Source: a virus
Lineage: Duplodnaviria > Caudoviricetes
Length of the DNA stretch: 64,000 bases
Strand: one strand, 5' to 3'
IMG/VR virus record: IMGVR_UViG_3300021368_002114
Location: 1,258 to 65,257 of that record
Made by a program: the position numbers and the translations under genes. The first letter of the stretch is position 1; every line of letters starts with the position of its first letter. Positions 40,149-50,273 of the stretch are shown here, one piece after another. Under the pieces are notes generated by a model. It was not told the origin of the DNA and did no database searches. It saw only the letters and a program-made list of their open reading frames with translations.

Positions 40149-40343
40149 ATGCCACCAAAACTAAAACCTAGTACAAAAGAATATATAAAAGTCAATAATA
40201 AATTGACAAATAAATTCATGATAAAACATTATACACCCTCTGGTACATCTACTGAAGAATTGAAAAAAATGTATGAATCCCCTTCTTACAAAAGAAAAAA
40301 AGAAATGATTCGGTTAGAACTGGTAAAACGAGGAGTTTTATAA
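40149..40343 (+). CDS. Small basic hypothetical protein
   Basis: ORF coupled to the next gene. Confidence 0.6.
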   Translation: MPPKLKPSTKEYIKVNNKLTNKFMIKHYTPSGTSTEELKKMYESPSYKRKKEMIRLELVKRGVL

Positions 40344-40528
40344 TGGGAAAACTTAAAGAAAAAATAATTGAAAAAGGAAGTGGTTTAGTTGCTAAATCAA
40401 AAACAAAAAAACAATTAGAAAAGATATTACCAAAACCAATCGCTAGACAAATCGGTAAAAAAGTTGGTAAGGGTGTAGAATCTATTACATCTAAAGCAAT
40501 TGATTTGTGGAATAAATTTAAGAAATAA
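40343..40528 (+). CDS. Small basic hypothetical protein
   Basis: TAATG-coupled ORF. Confidence 0.6.
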   Translation: MGKLKEKIIEKGSGLVAKSKTKKQLEKILPKPIARQIGKKVGKGVESITSKAIDLWNKFKK

Positions 40529-40552
40529 TACTTACTATATATTTATAGCAGT

Positions 40553-41197
40553 ATGTTTATATTCACAGAAGAAAATATTGGAAAGATAAATAATACCGTC
40601 TATTCATCCGATGGTATGAAAGATAAGCATGCAGAAAAAATTGAGTATGCAAAAACTAAAGGATTATTAAAAGATTTTAATTTTAGTAAATACTTTGATA
40701 GAAAACCACCTCAAAATAGTTCACTAACAACATATCAAGAATTGATGTATCTAAAAGATTTACCAGAAGATGATGATTTTGTGGAAAAACATGATGATGT
40801 AGAGGCTGTATTTGAAGAAGTATGTAATGACCATAATATAAAATATCCAAAAGAATTAGTTAAAGAACTAATTAAGTCTTGTACTATGTTGGAATTAAAA
40901 TGGCATTACAATAGACCAAGACCATATCAACTTGCAGGAAATTATAATATCAAGTTGGGTGAGCATGTAATGGAAAGCATGAAAACCCCTTCTTACCCAT
41001 CTGGTCATTCCGCTCAAGGTATTTTAATTGGAAAAGTTTTACAAACTAAGTTACCTATAACAACAGATTCTTTTTTAGAAGCTGGTAAACGTATTTCTTA
41101 TTCAAGAAATATAGGTAGAGCACATTATCCATCAGATTCAAAATTAGGTGAGATAATTGGTAGTTCAATGTACGAACACTTAAAACACAAAATTTAA
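40553..41197 (+). CDS. PAP2 / haloperoxidase-superfamily phosphatase
   Basis: KWHYNRPRP, PSYPSGH, SRNIGRAHYPSD: all three PAP2 motifs. Confidence 0.88.
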   Translation: MFIFTEENIGKINNTVYSSDGMKDKHAEKIEYAKTKGLLKDFNFSKYFDRKPPQNSSLTTYQELMYLKDLPEDDDFVEKHDDVEAVFEEVCNDHNIKYPKELVKELIKSCTMLELKWHYNRPRPYQLAGNYNIKLGEHVMESMKTPSYPSGHSAQGILIGKVLQTKLPITTDSFLEAGKRISYSRNIGRAHYPSDSKLGEIIGSSMYEHLKHKI

Positions 41198-41221
41198 TAT
41201 TTATTATAAAGGAGCAATAAA

Positions 41222-41737
41222 ATGGCACAAGGAATTAAAAAATCGTCAAAGGTACAAGCTCAAAGTGGAGATTTAATTACACTAGAATCTGCTTTTACTC
41301 ATGATAACTTATGGGAACTAGGTTCTGGTTCAGTTGGTAATGATAAATTAATAGAATTTTATAACCAAACAAACAGAGAATCAATATTCGAGGCAACTCA
41401 AGAATCTAATCATTCTATGGAGTGGACTTCTTCTATTGTATATAAAATTACACTTGATAGAGCAGTATCTGAAGGTGATACAACTTCTGCAGAATTATAT
41501 GTTGGTGCTGATGCTGAGATATTAAGAGGTAATTATGAATGGGTTTCTGCTAAACTATTAGCAAAAGATGATTATGTTTTTGATTCTCAAGCAATATCAG
41601 GTAGTTATTCTAGAGGTAACATAAAAGTACTAAACGTAGAAAAAATAGAAGATAACACAGATGCTCTTTATAGTCCTAAATCTTGGGATTCAGAACTTAC
41701 TTCATTATTTGTAGAAGGAATTATTGTAAAAACATAA
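41222..41737 (+). CDS. Stand-alone degenerate Hint-like domain protein
   Basis: SKVQAQSGDLITLE, WVSAKLLAKDDYV, KVLNVEKI, LFVEGIIVKT; no catalytic Cys, His or Asn. Confidence 0.5.
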   Translation: MAQGIKKSSKVQAQSGDLITLESAFTHDNLWELGSGSVGNDKLIEFYNQTNRESIFEATQESNHSMEWTSSIVYKITLDRAVSEGDTTSAELYVGADAEILRGNYEWVSAKLLAKDDYVFDSQAISGSYSRGNIKVLNVEKIEDNTDALYSPKSWDSELTSLFVEGIIVKT

Positions 41738-41749
41738 AAAGAGTAATAA

Positions 41750-42265
41750 ATGGTTACAGCTTTATCTAAATCTCTAATATCAACATTTCCTGGAGAAGAA
41801 GAGGTATCAAAAATATATACAGGTGTTATATGTGAAGCTGTATATTCTGATTATTCAGAAGATAGAGAAAGAATTTATCGAAAAGTTAAAGATGTAAGTC
41901 TTTATTATGAACTTAATTATGCTTTCGATAATACTGAGAATATACACATACCCATTTCAACAAAAACTTATAGAATAAATTCAGATTATAGGTATCTACT
42001 TGAAGAGGTATATCCAAAGGATATTAGAGTTGGAGATATACTTGTTAATTCTAGTTTTTGGAAAAAATACAAATCTATATGCATAGATACAGATTCGTAT
42101 GGTACTGCTGAATATTTAATGTTAAAACAAGATGGAGTTTTAGTAGATTCTATTAGACTTATTGAAGATGAAGAAGATACAATGAATATTATATTTTACA
42201 ATGATGAATCTATTAAATCAGTATTCATTGATACATTAATGATAAAGAATGTAGTGGATGTGTAA
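41750..42265 (+). CDS. Second degenerate Hint-like protein
   Basis: PKDIRVGDILV, VDSIRLIE, VFIDTLMIKN. Confidence 0.4.
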   Translation: MVTALSKSLISTFPGEEEVSKIYTGVICEAVYSDYSEDRERIYRKVKDVSLYYELNYAFDNTENIHIPISTKTYRINSDYRYLLEEVYPKDIRVGDILVNSSFWKKYKSICIDTDSYGTAEYLMLKQDGVLVDSIRLIEDEEDTMNIIFYNDESIKSVFIDTLMIKNVVDV

Positions 42266-42299
42266 TTTATTTATAAATATTTTTATACTTATATAGTAA

Positions 42300-42836
42300 A
42301 TGGGCTGGAGTAATAAATACAAAAAAAGTATTAATTGTAGTAATCCCAAAGGTTTCTCACAAAAAGCTCATTGTGCAGGTAAGAAAAAAAGAAACGAGAA
42401 TAATATGAAAATATCAGAATTCAAAGAGGCAGTACGAAGTTTTCTTAGAGAAAGAAGCGTAAACGCTATTTCTAAAGCTCAACAAAAAAATCTTGATGAT
42501 ATTTCTAAAGCATTAGAATTTTACAAAAAGAATAAACATACTGATAAGAAAGATGCATTTATCAAAGTTCTAAAAAAACTTGGTAAAGAAAAAGAAAGAT
42601 TAGCAAAAGAACTTGATGTTAAAGTAAGTGGTATGTACAAAAACGCAGAGTACAAAGGTGAATCTGTTGAGGAATCAGTAAATGAAGGTGCTTCTACTGA
42701 AGAAAAAAGAATTGCAATGTTGGCTGTTAGAAAACAAGCAAAATACAGAAATGTAGATTTAGCAACAGCAATACAAGACCAAATTAGAGCACTCGAAGAA
42801 TTAAAAAGAGATGCTAAAAGAGGTAAACTAAAGTGA
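42300..42836 (+). CDS. Probable internal virion protein
   Basis: WSNKYKKSINCSNPKGFSQKAHCAG module; MKISEFKEAVRSFLRE; ESVEESVNEG protease-site-like run; late motif upstream. Confidence 0.5.
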   Translation: MGWSNKYKKSINCSNPKGFSQKAHCAGKKKRNENNMKISEFKEAVRSFLRERSVNAISKAQQKNLDDISKALEFYKKNKHTDKKDAFIKVLKKLGKEKERLAKELDVKVSGMYKNAEYKGESVEESVNEGASTEEKRIAMLAVRKQAKYRNVDLATAIQDQIRALEELKRDAKRGKLK

Positions 42837-43168
42837 TTAAACTTAAAAACATATTACAAGAATCTAAAGTAGAAATTGGAAAGGTTTATCCTAATCCATA
42901 CCACACTGCATTCAAATCAAAAGAACAAATTAAAGAAGAATCCTTACTTAATGAGGATGACCACGAAGTAGGGATGGGATTATCATCTCTAAAATCATCA
43001 GTTCGTTCCGCTAAAACTATATATGATAATATCAAAAAACGTAATATTGAAGAGTTAGAAGGTTGGGTTCAAGAAAAAATGACTTTGGCCGCTGATTATC
43101 TTAAAAATGTTGCTGATTACATGGAAGATTTAGACGAATACGATAAAGATGGAACAAATACTAACTGA
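42833..43168 (+). CDS. Probable internal virion protein
   Basis: MIKLKNILQE leader, LLNEDDHEVGM, WVQEKMTLAADYL. Confidence 0.5.
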   Translation: MIKLKNILQESKVEIGKVYPNPYHTAFKSKEQIKEESLLNEDDHEVGMGLSSLKSSVRSAKTIYDNIKKRNIEELEGWVQEKMTLAADYLKNVADYMEDLDEYDKDGTNTN

Positions 43169-43787
43169 AAATCATAATCATGCTATGGAACTATTAGGAG
43201 CTTTCCTTACTGGAGTAGTGGGACCAATCATGTACTTGTTAATTAGCAAGTATATGCAGAAAGAAAAGGATAAGAAAAGAGATAAGGTTAAAGAAACAAT
43301 AGCAAATACCTCTTTAATATCTGATGAATTAGAAGAAATAAGAGAAGAGTTCAAATCAGATAGAGTTTGGATTTCTCAGTTTCATAATGGTGGTAATTTT
43401 TATCCCACAGGTAAATCAATTCAAAAGTTTTCAATATTCTACGAAGTTACAAAAACAGGAATCTCTTCAGTATCACACACTTTCAACAATATACCTTGTT
43501 CACTTTACCCAAAAGCATTTCAGTACATGATGGAAGGTAATGGAGTATTTGTTCCTGATTTCAATGACCCAAAAGTTGCAACTTATGGATTAAAAGGAGC
43601 AGCTGATTCTGTTGGTACGAAATCTTCATTTTTAGTACCACTTTTCACATTGGATGATAAATACATAGGAACTATTGGTATTGATTATGTTGGTAAAAAG
43701 AAAAAACTAACAAAAGATGATTGGGAACATTTCCAAATTAAAGCTGGTAGAATAGCGGGATACCTATCATCTCATTTAAGTCAATAA
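43149..43787 (+). CDS. Single-TM protein with GAF-like domain (T4 holin T-like architecture)
   Basis: N-terminal TM; SDRVWISQFHNG...GTKSSFLVPL...IGTIGIDY. Confidence 0.55.
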   Translation: MEQILTENHNHAMELLGAFLTGVVGPIMYLLISKYMQKEKDKKRDKVKETIANTSLISDELEEIREEFKSDRVWISQFHNGGNFYPTGKSIQKFSIFYEVTKTGISSVSHTFNNIPCSLYPKAFQYMMEGNGVFVPDFNDPKVATYGLKGAADSVGTKSSFLVPLFTLDDKYIGTIGIDYVGKKKKLTKDDWEHFQIKAGRIAGYLSSHLSQ

Positions 43788-43788
43788 A

Positions 43789-45612
43789 ATGATAAAAAAG
43801 AATATTTACTTTTCTCAAGTAAACTATTCAACTGGTTCTGGTAAATTCAAAGGATATTGGTTTCCATACTCAGTTGCCACAATTTGGGCATACGTTCAGC
43901 AATTTGAATGGGTAACTGAAAAATTTCAACTACAAGAATTACTTTTCAAACGAGAAACACCTGAAGAACTATTGGATAGAATAGAAGAACCACATATCTT
44001 CTGTTTTTCTAATTATGTTTGGAACTATGAATATAACAAAAAAGTAGCAGAGGCTATTAAGAAGAGATATCCAAATTGTTTAATATCATTTGGAGGACCA
44101 CAAGTTACTAAAAAACCAAAAGAACAACAACTATTTGAAAAAAATCCTTACATTGATTCTATATCTCTTGGTGAGGGTGAGAGAAACTTTTCATTACTAT
44201 TGGAAGATTACTTAAAAGGAGAAGTAAAACAGATATATTCATTCGATAGATTACAAGAATTAGATTTTCCATCTCCATATGGATTGGGATTGTTTGATAG
44301 GATGATAAGAGAAAATCCTACATACAATTGGAATGCTGTATTAGAAACAAACCGAGGATGTCCATTCAAATGTACATTTTGTGATTGGGGTAATCTTACT
44401 TATTCTAAGATTAAAAAATTTAATCTAGAAAGAATCTTTGAAGATTTGGAATGGATGGGCCAAAACAAAATAGGTTATGGTATCATAGCAGATGCAAACT
44501 TTGGTTGTTTCAAAGAAAGAGATATGTACATCACAGAAAAAATGGTTGATGTTCAGAAGAAATATGGATATCCTGAAACAGTTGATGCATCGTGGTACAA
44601 AAACCTAAGCAAAGAGGTTATAGATATCGTTAAGAAGTTCGTTGAGAACGGTTTTAACAGAGGATTTTCACTTTCCCTACAAAGTATGAACGAAGAAACT
44701 TTGGAATCCATAGAACGTGCCAATATGAAGTTAAATAAATTCAATGAAATACTTGATTTATGTAATGAACAACAGATTCCATCATATACTGAATTAATTC
44801 TTGGGTTACCACATGAAACCAAAGATACTTGGATTAGGGGTATAACTAAATTAGTAGAAGCAGGACAACATAACTCAATTGAATCTTGGTTAACACAAAT
44901 GCTAGAGAATTCACAATTAAATCAAGAAAGAGATGAACATGAGTTTGATACTGTATTTTTAGATAACTACTATACTTCACAAGAAGATTTTGTAGAAGAA
45001 AAAGCAGAAATAGTTAGAGGTACAAAATATATGCCATTTAAGGATTTAATCGATTCTTGGATGTTTTCATGGTTGGTAACAAATTTACATATCTATGGAT
45101 GGACTCAAATATATTCTATATTTTTAAGAAAAAGTAAAGAAATAACTTTTGAAAAATTTTATAGAGATTTATTGGATGATGTAAAATCAGATAAATCGAT
45201 TGTTGGTAAAGAATATAGAAAAACGAAGAAAAGAGTTACTCACTATTTAGAAGGAAAGAAAACAGTAGATTATTCTGGTCATACTTTACTTTGGGATTCA
45301 CAACAAGAATTTCATAAAAATAGATTAGAGGTATTGGCATTTACTAAATCTTTTTATGAAAAATATGATAACACTTCTGATGTTGTTCGTGCACAAGAAC
45401 ACTTTGTTACTGAATATGGTGTAAAAGAAATGAGTATTTCTTTAGATACAAATATTTATGAATATTGTTATAAGAATAAACCTCTCAAAAGTAAATCTAA
45501 AACATACAAACTTAAGATAAAAGAGCCGTATGATACAGAGGATGATTACCTAAGAATGTTTTACTTCAAACGTAGACAAGGTTGGGGAAAGTATAAGATA
45601 ATAAATTTATGA
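43789..45612 (+). CDS. B12-binding-domain radical SAM enzyme
   Basis: FSNYVWN..GGPQ..GEGE N-domain; ETNRGCPFKCTFCDWG; DANFG; ELILGLPHET. Confidence 0.9.
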   Translation: MIKKNIYFSQVNYSTGSGKFKGYWFPYSVATIWAYVQQFEWVTEKFQLQELLFKRETPEELLDRIEEPHIFCFSNYVWNYEYNKKVAEAIKKRYPNCLISFGGPQVTKKPKEQQLFEKNPYIDSISLGEGERNFSLLLEDYLKGEVKQIYSFDRLQELDFPSPYGLGLFDRMIRENPTYNWNAVLETNRGCPFKCTFCDWGNLTYSKIKKFNLERIFEDLEWMGQNKIGYGIIADANFGCFKERDMYITEKMVDVQKKYGYPETVDASWYKNLSKEVIDIVKKFVENGFNRGFSLSLQSMNEETLESIERANMKLNKFNEILDLCNEQQIPSYTELILGLPHETKDTWIRGITKLVEAGQHNSIESWLTQMLENSQLNQERDEHEFDTVFLDNYYTSQEDFVEEKAEIVRGTKYMPFKDLIDSWMFSWLVTNLHIYGWTQIYSIFLRKSKEITFEKFYRDLLDDVKSDKSIVGKEYRKTKKRVTHYLEGKKTVDYSGHTLLWDSQQEFHKNRLEVLAFTKSFYEKYDNTSDVVRAQEHFVTEYGVKEMSISLDTNIYEYCYKNKPLKSKSKTYKLKIKEPYDTEDDYLRMFYFKRRQGWGKYKIINL

Positions 45613-46529
45613 TAGAAATAGGTTATAGAAATGGTGAAAAAATCACAATTAAGTTATTTGATAATTCAATATCAAAAAAACTTGTAGATACATATTCTAA
45701 CTCACCTACTGATTCATATGAACAAATTAGTGCATATAATCTTTTCAATAATAATTACGATAACCATAAAAAAAATTCTGATACTATATCCAAACATTGG
45801 AATGAGATACTTGAAGGTTTGGATGGTATGAAAGAACTTGGAAATGAAATAAACATAGAATTTCCAAATGAATTTGACTTTTCACAAGAAACCTTAAATA
45901 CGTTACACAGAATTTTTACATATGTGGATTTATATCATTTTAATGAAATATCTGAATATCCATATTGTGATAACTATTCACATCCTACTAACATATCTTG
46001 GGAAGAATATCATAGTATAGTTGATAAAATTAATTGTGGAGTTCATAGTTTAGAATCATGGGTTAAACCAACAGATAATCATCTTTTTGCACAAGAAAAC
46101 TTTGATGTACCTCGTATATTATATTGTGTAAAGAACTACAGCACATTTAATATGAATTGGTGTGAGTTTGATAGTGAAGAATACAAACAAAATTTTAATT
46201 TTCTATCATATGATAAATCTAATCTTGTTATTTTGAGAGAAACAATTCTTGGCAAATCACCACTAACTTCTTTTATTAATGATGATAATCCAAATCTACC
46301 AGATTGTACAGGAAGATTTGCAACAGATGGTTCTCTTTCTATATTATTAAATGATGATTTACAGAAGTTATATAACTCAGATAATTTTAATTCATGGTGC
46401 TCTAATTATGGAAAAACTCCAAAAGAATTTCCGCTTGAATTTGCAATAGGATATGTAGAAGATTCATCAAATAAATTAGAATATTTTTTAGATAAAGAAT
46501 TAGAGTTAAAATCAATTAAATGGATATAA
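45609..46529 (+). CDS. Hypothetical protein
   Basis: Coupled ORF; no recognised family. Confidence 0.65.
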   Translation: MIEIGYRNGEKITIKLFDNSISKKLVDTYSNSPTDSYEQISAYNLFNNNYDNHKKNSDTISKHWNEILEGLDGMKELGNEINIEFPNEFDFSQETLNTLHRIFTYVDLYHFNEISEYPYCDNYSHPTNISWEEYHSIVDKINCGVHSLESWVKPTDNHLFAQENFDVPRILYCVKNYSTFNMNWCEFDSEEYKQNFNFLSYDKSNLVILRETILGKSPLTSFINDDNPNLPDCTGRFATDGSLSILLNDDLQKLYNSDNFNSWCSNYGKTPKEFPLEFAIGYVEDSSNKLEYFLDKELELKSIKWI

Positions 46530-46530
46530 T

Positions 46531-47397
46531 ATGTACGATAATTTACACCACCATTTTGAATTCTTAAAACCAGATAGAATACCTGAATCTTTCAAATATA
46601 CTGTATATGATACTTTAATAGAAGAAGATATTCAAGGGTATGGAAAAAGAACACCTTGGCCTGAAGATTATCATTCACATGAAAAAGATAGATTACTTTC
46701 TTTACTAGAAACTGATAGGGATAGATTCCAAAAGTATAATTGGGTTGATGAGAATAATAACCTTATATTTCCAACATATGATTGTGATTGGTTTGGAATG
46801 AGAACTAATTTAGTTCCAAGAGATGGTATAAGTTTAGCTTTAGGATGTAGTTATACATTTGGTTTGGGTAATCACATTGACCAAATTTGGCCAAGTTATT
46901 TATCAAAAGAATTAAATATTGATATAATGAATTTGGGAGTATGTGGAGGGGGTGTGGATACTTGTTATAGATTATTAAAAGCTTACACAAAAGATTTTTC
47001 AGTTAAAAATGTATTTATCCTAATTCCTGGTTGTTATAGATATGAAAGATTTTATAGTAAATCAGTAGGTGGTATAAGACATCTAAGATTATTACCTAAC
47101 TATCCTGAACTTACTAAGGAGGAACAGAAAATATATGATATTACTTGGAGTAAAGTTGAATCATTAGATGAAAACGTTTTTATTAACTTCCATAAGAACC
47201 TTGAAGCAATCAGATATATTTGTATTAAAAAGAATATAAAATTATATGAATACTTAAATCCCACATTTTATCTTCCTCATGAATCTCAACACTTCCAATG
47301 GCCAATAACAAAATATACATCTTTTTGTTCTGTTCACCATGGACCAGAAATACATGAATTTATTACTGATGAATTCCTTAAATTATACCAAAAATAA
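46531..47397 (+). CDS. SGNH-hydrolase-like protein
   Basis: LGCSYTFG, WP, NLGVCGGG, terminal HHGPEIH. Confidence 0.55.
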   Translation: MYDNLHHHFEFLKPDRIPESFKYTVYDTLIEEDIQGYGKRTPWPEDYHSHEKDRLLSLLETDRDRFQKYNWVDENNNLIFPTYDCDWFGMRTNLVPRDGISLALGCSYTFGLGNHIDQIWPSYLSKELNIDIMNLGVCGGGVDTCYRLLKAYTKDFSVKNVFILIPGCYRYERFYSKSVGGIRHLRLLPNYPELTKEEQKIYDITWSKVESLDENVFINFHKNLEAIRYICIKKNIKLYEYLNPTFYLPHESQHFQWPITKYTSFCSVHHGPEIHEFITDEFLKLYQK

Positions 47398-47456
47398 TTC
47401 ACTTTTTGCTTGTTTTTCTCGGCTTTTTTTCGTATATTTACTATGTAAATAATTAA
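47391..47456 (+). repeat. 66-bp promoter-containing repeat, copy A (early promoter copy 5)
   Basis: 61 of 66 nt identical to 61181..61246; contains CTTG-N20-TATATTTAC. Confidence 0.9.
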
Positions 47457-47459
47457 GAT

Positions 47460-47852
47460 ATGAAGTTAAAAAATGTACAAAAAATAGTTGAGGAAGTTTT
47501 TCCAAAGATTGAGAAATATTATGGTTATTCAACTCATTTTCCTGAAGTAACTCCTTACATTGAGTATGAAACTTCTATCTATGGTAGATTAAGTGGTGAA
47601 GAAGATGATGGTACAATGGGAGAAGAATCACCAGATGCTGAGTTTGATAGAATTGATAACTCAATTGTTATTTACTATCCTAAGATGAAATCTAAAAGAC
47701 ATATCGTGGAAACTTTAGTTCACGAATACCAACATTACTTACAATCTCCATCTTGGATGACAAGATACTACAAAATGGGATTCAGATATGATAACCACCC
47801 ATACGAGATTGCAGCAACAAAAGAAGAAAAAAACTATAAATTATTCGTATGA
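47460..47852 (+). CDS. Small HEXXH zinc-metallopeptidase-like protein
   Basis: TLVHEYQH...HPYEIAA. Confidence 0.7.
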   Translation: MKLKNVQKIVEEVFPKIEKYYGYSTHFPEVTPYIEYETSIYGRLSGEEDDGTMGEESPDAEFDRIDNSIVIYYPKMKSKRHIVETLVHEYQHYLQSPSWMTRYYKMGFRYDNHPYEIAATKEEKNYKLFV

Positions 47853-48025
47853 TAGATACTTGGACTAAAAAAGAATTTCTACAATGTATGAGTGATTTAC
47901 ATAAAGAGGCTTATGGTATAAGACCTCGTGGTGTAGATTATGAATCATGGAGTTTACAAGAACTCAGAGATGAATGGAAACGATTAGAAAAGATTGCCAT
48001 AGATGAATTTTGGTATCACGAATAA
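47849..48025 (+). CDS. Small phage hypothetical protein (58 aa)
   Basis: Hand-translated; SDLHKEAYGIRPRG motif; ATGA overlap. Confidence 0.7.
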   Translation: MIDTWTKKEFLQCMSDLHKEAYGIRPRGVDYESWSLQELRDEWKRLEKIAIDEFWYHE

Positions 48026-48042
48026 TAAAATATTTATAACAT

Positions 48043-48570
48043 ATGATAGCAAGAAGTTTATTTACAGAATCAAAAAAACTCAGAGTATTCGATTTTGATG
48101 ATACTCTCGTTAAGACTACATCATTTATTTATGTTACCAACAATGGTAAAAAGAAAAAATTAACACCTGGTGAATATGCAGTGTATAATGAAAAACCAGG
48201 TGATGAATTTGATTTCTCTGATTTCTCAAAAGTTCAGAATCCAAACGAAATCAAAAAAATAACTAAAGTACTTCGTAGAATCGTAGCATCAAGTGGTGGT
48301 GATGGAGTTCATATTCTTACTGCAAGAGCAGCATTCAAACCGATTAGACAATACCTCAAAGATATCGGTATCAATATGAGTAAGATTTATGTAACTGCAT
48401 TAGCATCTAACAATCCAAAAGATAAAGCTGATTGGATTGAAGATAAGATTGATAATGAAGGTTATGATGATGTTTACTTCGCTGATGATTCTCAAAAAAA
48501 CGTAGATGCTACTAAAAAAATGTTAAGAACTAAAGACGTACGTTGGAGGGTTCAACACATAAAACACTAA
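48043..48570 (+). CDS. HAD-superfamily phosphatase
   Basis: VFDFDDTL, ILTAR, K, FADDS..N. Confidence 0.85.
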   Translation: MIARSLFTESKKLRVFDFDDTLVKTTSFIYVTNNGKKKKLTPGEYAVYNEKPGDEFDFSDFSKVQNPNEIKKITKVLRRIVASSGGDGVHILTARAAFKPIRQYLKDIGINMSKIYVTALASNNPKDKADWIEDKIDNEGYDDVYFADDSQKNVDATKKMLRTKDVRWRVQHIKH

Positions 48571-48588
48571 AATCTCATATTTATAGAT

Positions 48589-49584
48589 ATGAGATATATA
48601 TACATTTTATTTATACTTTTTTTAACAGGTTGTTCTTCAACCTATCAATTATCAAGTTATTATTCTGATGACCCAATCTATGGTGTAACCCAAAGTGGTG
48701 ATAGTATCAGAGTAGATATAATTGAAAACGATTTTGAATTTAATAGAAAATTAAGATTCGATTCAAAGTTCAGATGGAACTTTGCACAATTTGCACAGAA
48801 TCAACCATTGAGTTGGTATTACAGAAACTTTAACCAATTAGGAGGATGGAGAAGTCCATATACTCCTTTTGATTTCTATTGGAACAGATATGATTTTTGG
48901 TGGAACTGGTCTGTTAATATGCCATTCCAATTTAATAGTTGGAACTCACCTTGGTATTGGAATAGATGGAACAATTGGTATGGATGGCCTCATGATTATT
49001 ATTGGAACTCACCTTTTGCAAATCGAGGTGGATATGGGTACGTTTGGAATGATTGGAGATGGCGTAATAGAATAGATAACAACTATTGGGAAGAGAGAAA
49101 CAGAAGAAATGTTGCTTATGTAAATGGTAGAAGAGGTTCTACTAATAGTGTAGTAGTAACACCAAATAATAATTCAGTAGTAGTTCCAAGATTGAGAAAT
49201 AATACAAACGTAAGAATCAATGAAGGTAGAAGAATACCAACACCAGATGATGTGGATGTTGTAATAGAAAGACCTGAAAGAGGTATAATTGGTAGATTTG
49301 TTGATAAGATGCAAAACAAAGGTATTAAAGTAAGAACATATCAGAATCCAAACAATGTACCTAATACAAGAATTAGAGATTATAACAGAATAGAAAACAA
49401 TAATAATATTATTAGAAACAACAACAATAATATTAGAAACTATAATAGAACTCCAGCTCCAACAAGAACTGCACCAACAAGAACATATTCACCACCACCA
49501 TCGAGAAGTAATAATACTGGTAGAAGTGGAGGAGGTGTATCTATCAGTAGAGGTTCAAGAGGAAGCGGAAAGATTAATCAATAA
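48589..49584 (+). CDS. Lipoprotein with W/Y/N-rich and R/N/S/G-rich low-complexity regions
   Basis: Lipobox LTGC; composition. Confidence 0.7.
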   Translation: MRYIYILFILFLTGCSSTYQLSSYYSDDPIYGVTQSGDSIRVDIIENDFEFNRKLRFDSKFRWNFAQFAQNQPLSWYYRNFNQLGGWRSPYTPFDFYWNRYDFWWNWSVNMPFQFNSWNSPWYWNRWNNWYGWPHDYYWNSPFANRGGYGYVWNDWRWRNRIDNNYWEERNRRNVAYVNGRRGSTNSVVVTPNNNSVVVPRLRNNTNVRINEGRRIPTPDDVDVVIERPERGIIGRFVDKMQNKGIKVRTYQNPNNVPNTRIRDYNRIENNNNIIRNNNNNIRNYNRTPAPTRTAPTRTYSPPPSRSNNTGRSGGGVSISRGSRGSGKINQ

Positions 49585-49595
49585 ATAAATAAAAA

Positions 49596-50240
49596 ATGAT
49601 ACTCCCTTGGAAAAATTATTTACAAACTAATGAAGTTAGTTTATTACTACCTAATGGTATAAAATATATTGCATATCCCAATTCCGATGAGGAAGTAAAG
49701 GTTAAAAAAATTGATGTAGATGGTACAGAAACAAGTTTCGGTCCTGAAGAATGGCATGCTGAAAAGTTAGAGATAAGTAATCAATACTCCGATATCTATG
49801 GTGTATTTCAACCTTGTAAATTTGAAGATTTAGAAGAAGATGACCATAAACAATGTTTATTTGGTAAAACTTCTGAAGGATTGTACTTAGACCAACTACA
49901 AAGGCCAGAGTATGTTATGAATCACGATATGACTTTTTCTGTTGAAGATATTGATGGGTGGGGTAAGATTCATTCACCTGATGGTGGTAAAACAATGTGG
50001 AAAACTGAATGGTGTGATTCTAGGAATGAGTTTTACAACTGTATGAGATGTGATATATTTCCTGAAAATCCTGGTTGGAAACAAATATCTAAAGAAGAAG
50101 CTAAAAGTAAGATAATGGAAGTGGTTGGTCCAGAAAATCCTGGAAGAGCAGAAGAAATTTGTAACGATATAGATAATGAAACGCTAACATTACCTCAACA
50201 TAGGGATAGTAATATCATAGGTAATTGGTTAATTCCTTAA
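49596..50240 (+). CDS. Hypothetical protein
   Basis: Full-length ORF; no recognised family. Confidence 0.65.
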   Translation: MILPWKNYLQTNEVSLLLPNGIKYIAYPNSDEEVKVKKIDVDGTETSFGPEEWHAEKLEISNQYSDIYGVFQPCKFEDLEEDDHKQCLFGKTSEGLYLDQLQRPEYVMNHDMTFSVEDIDGWGKIHSPDGGKTMWKTEWCDSRNEFYNCMRCDIFPENPGWKQISKEEAKSKIMEVVGPENPGRAEEICNDIDNETLTLPQHRDSNIIGNWLIP

Positions 50241-50273
50241 ATTTTTATATTTATATACTAAAGGAAACCCTAT

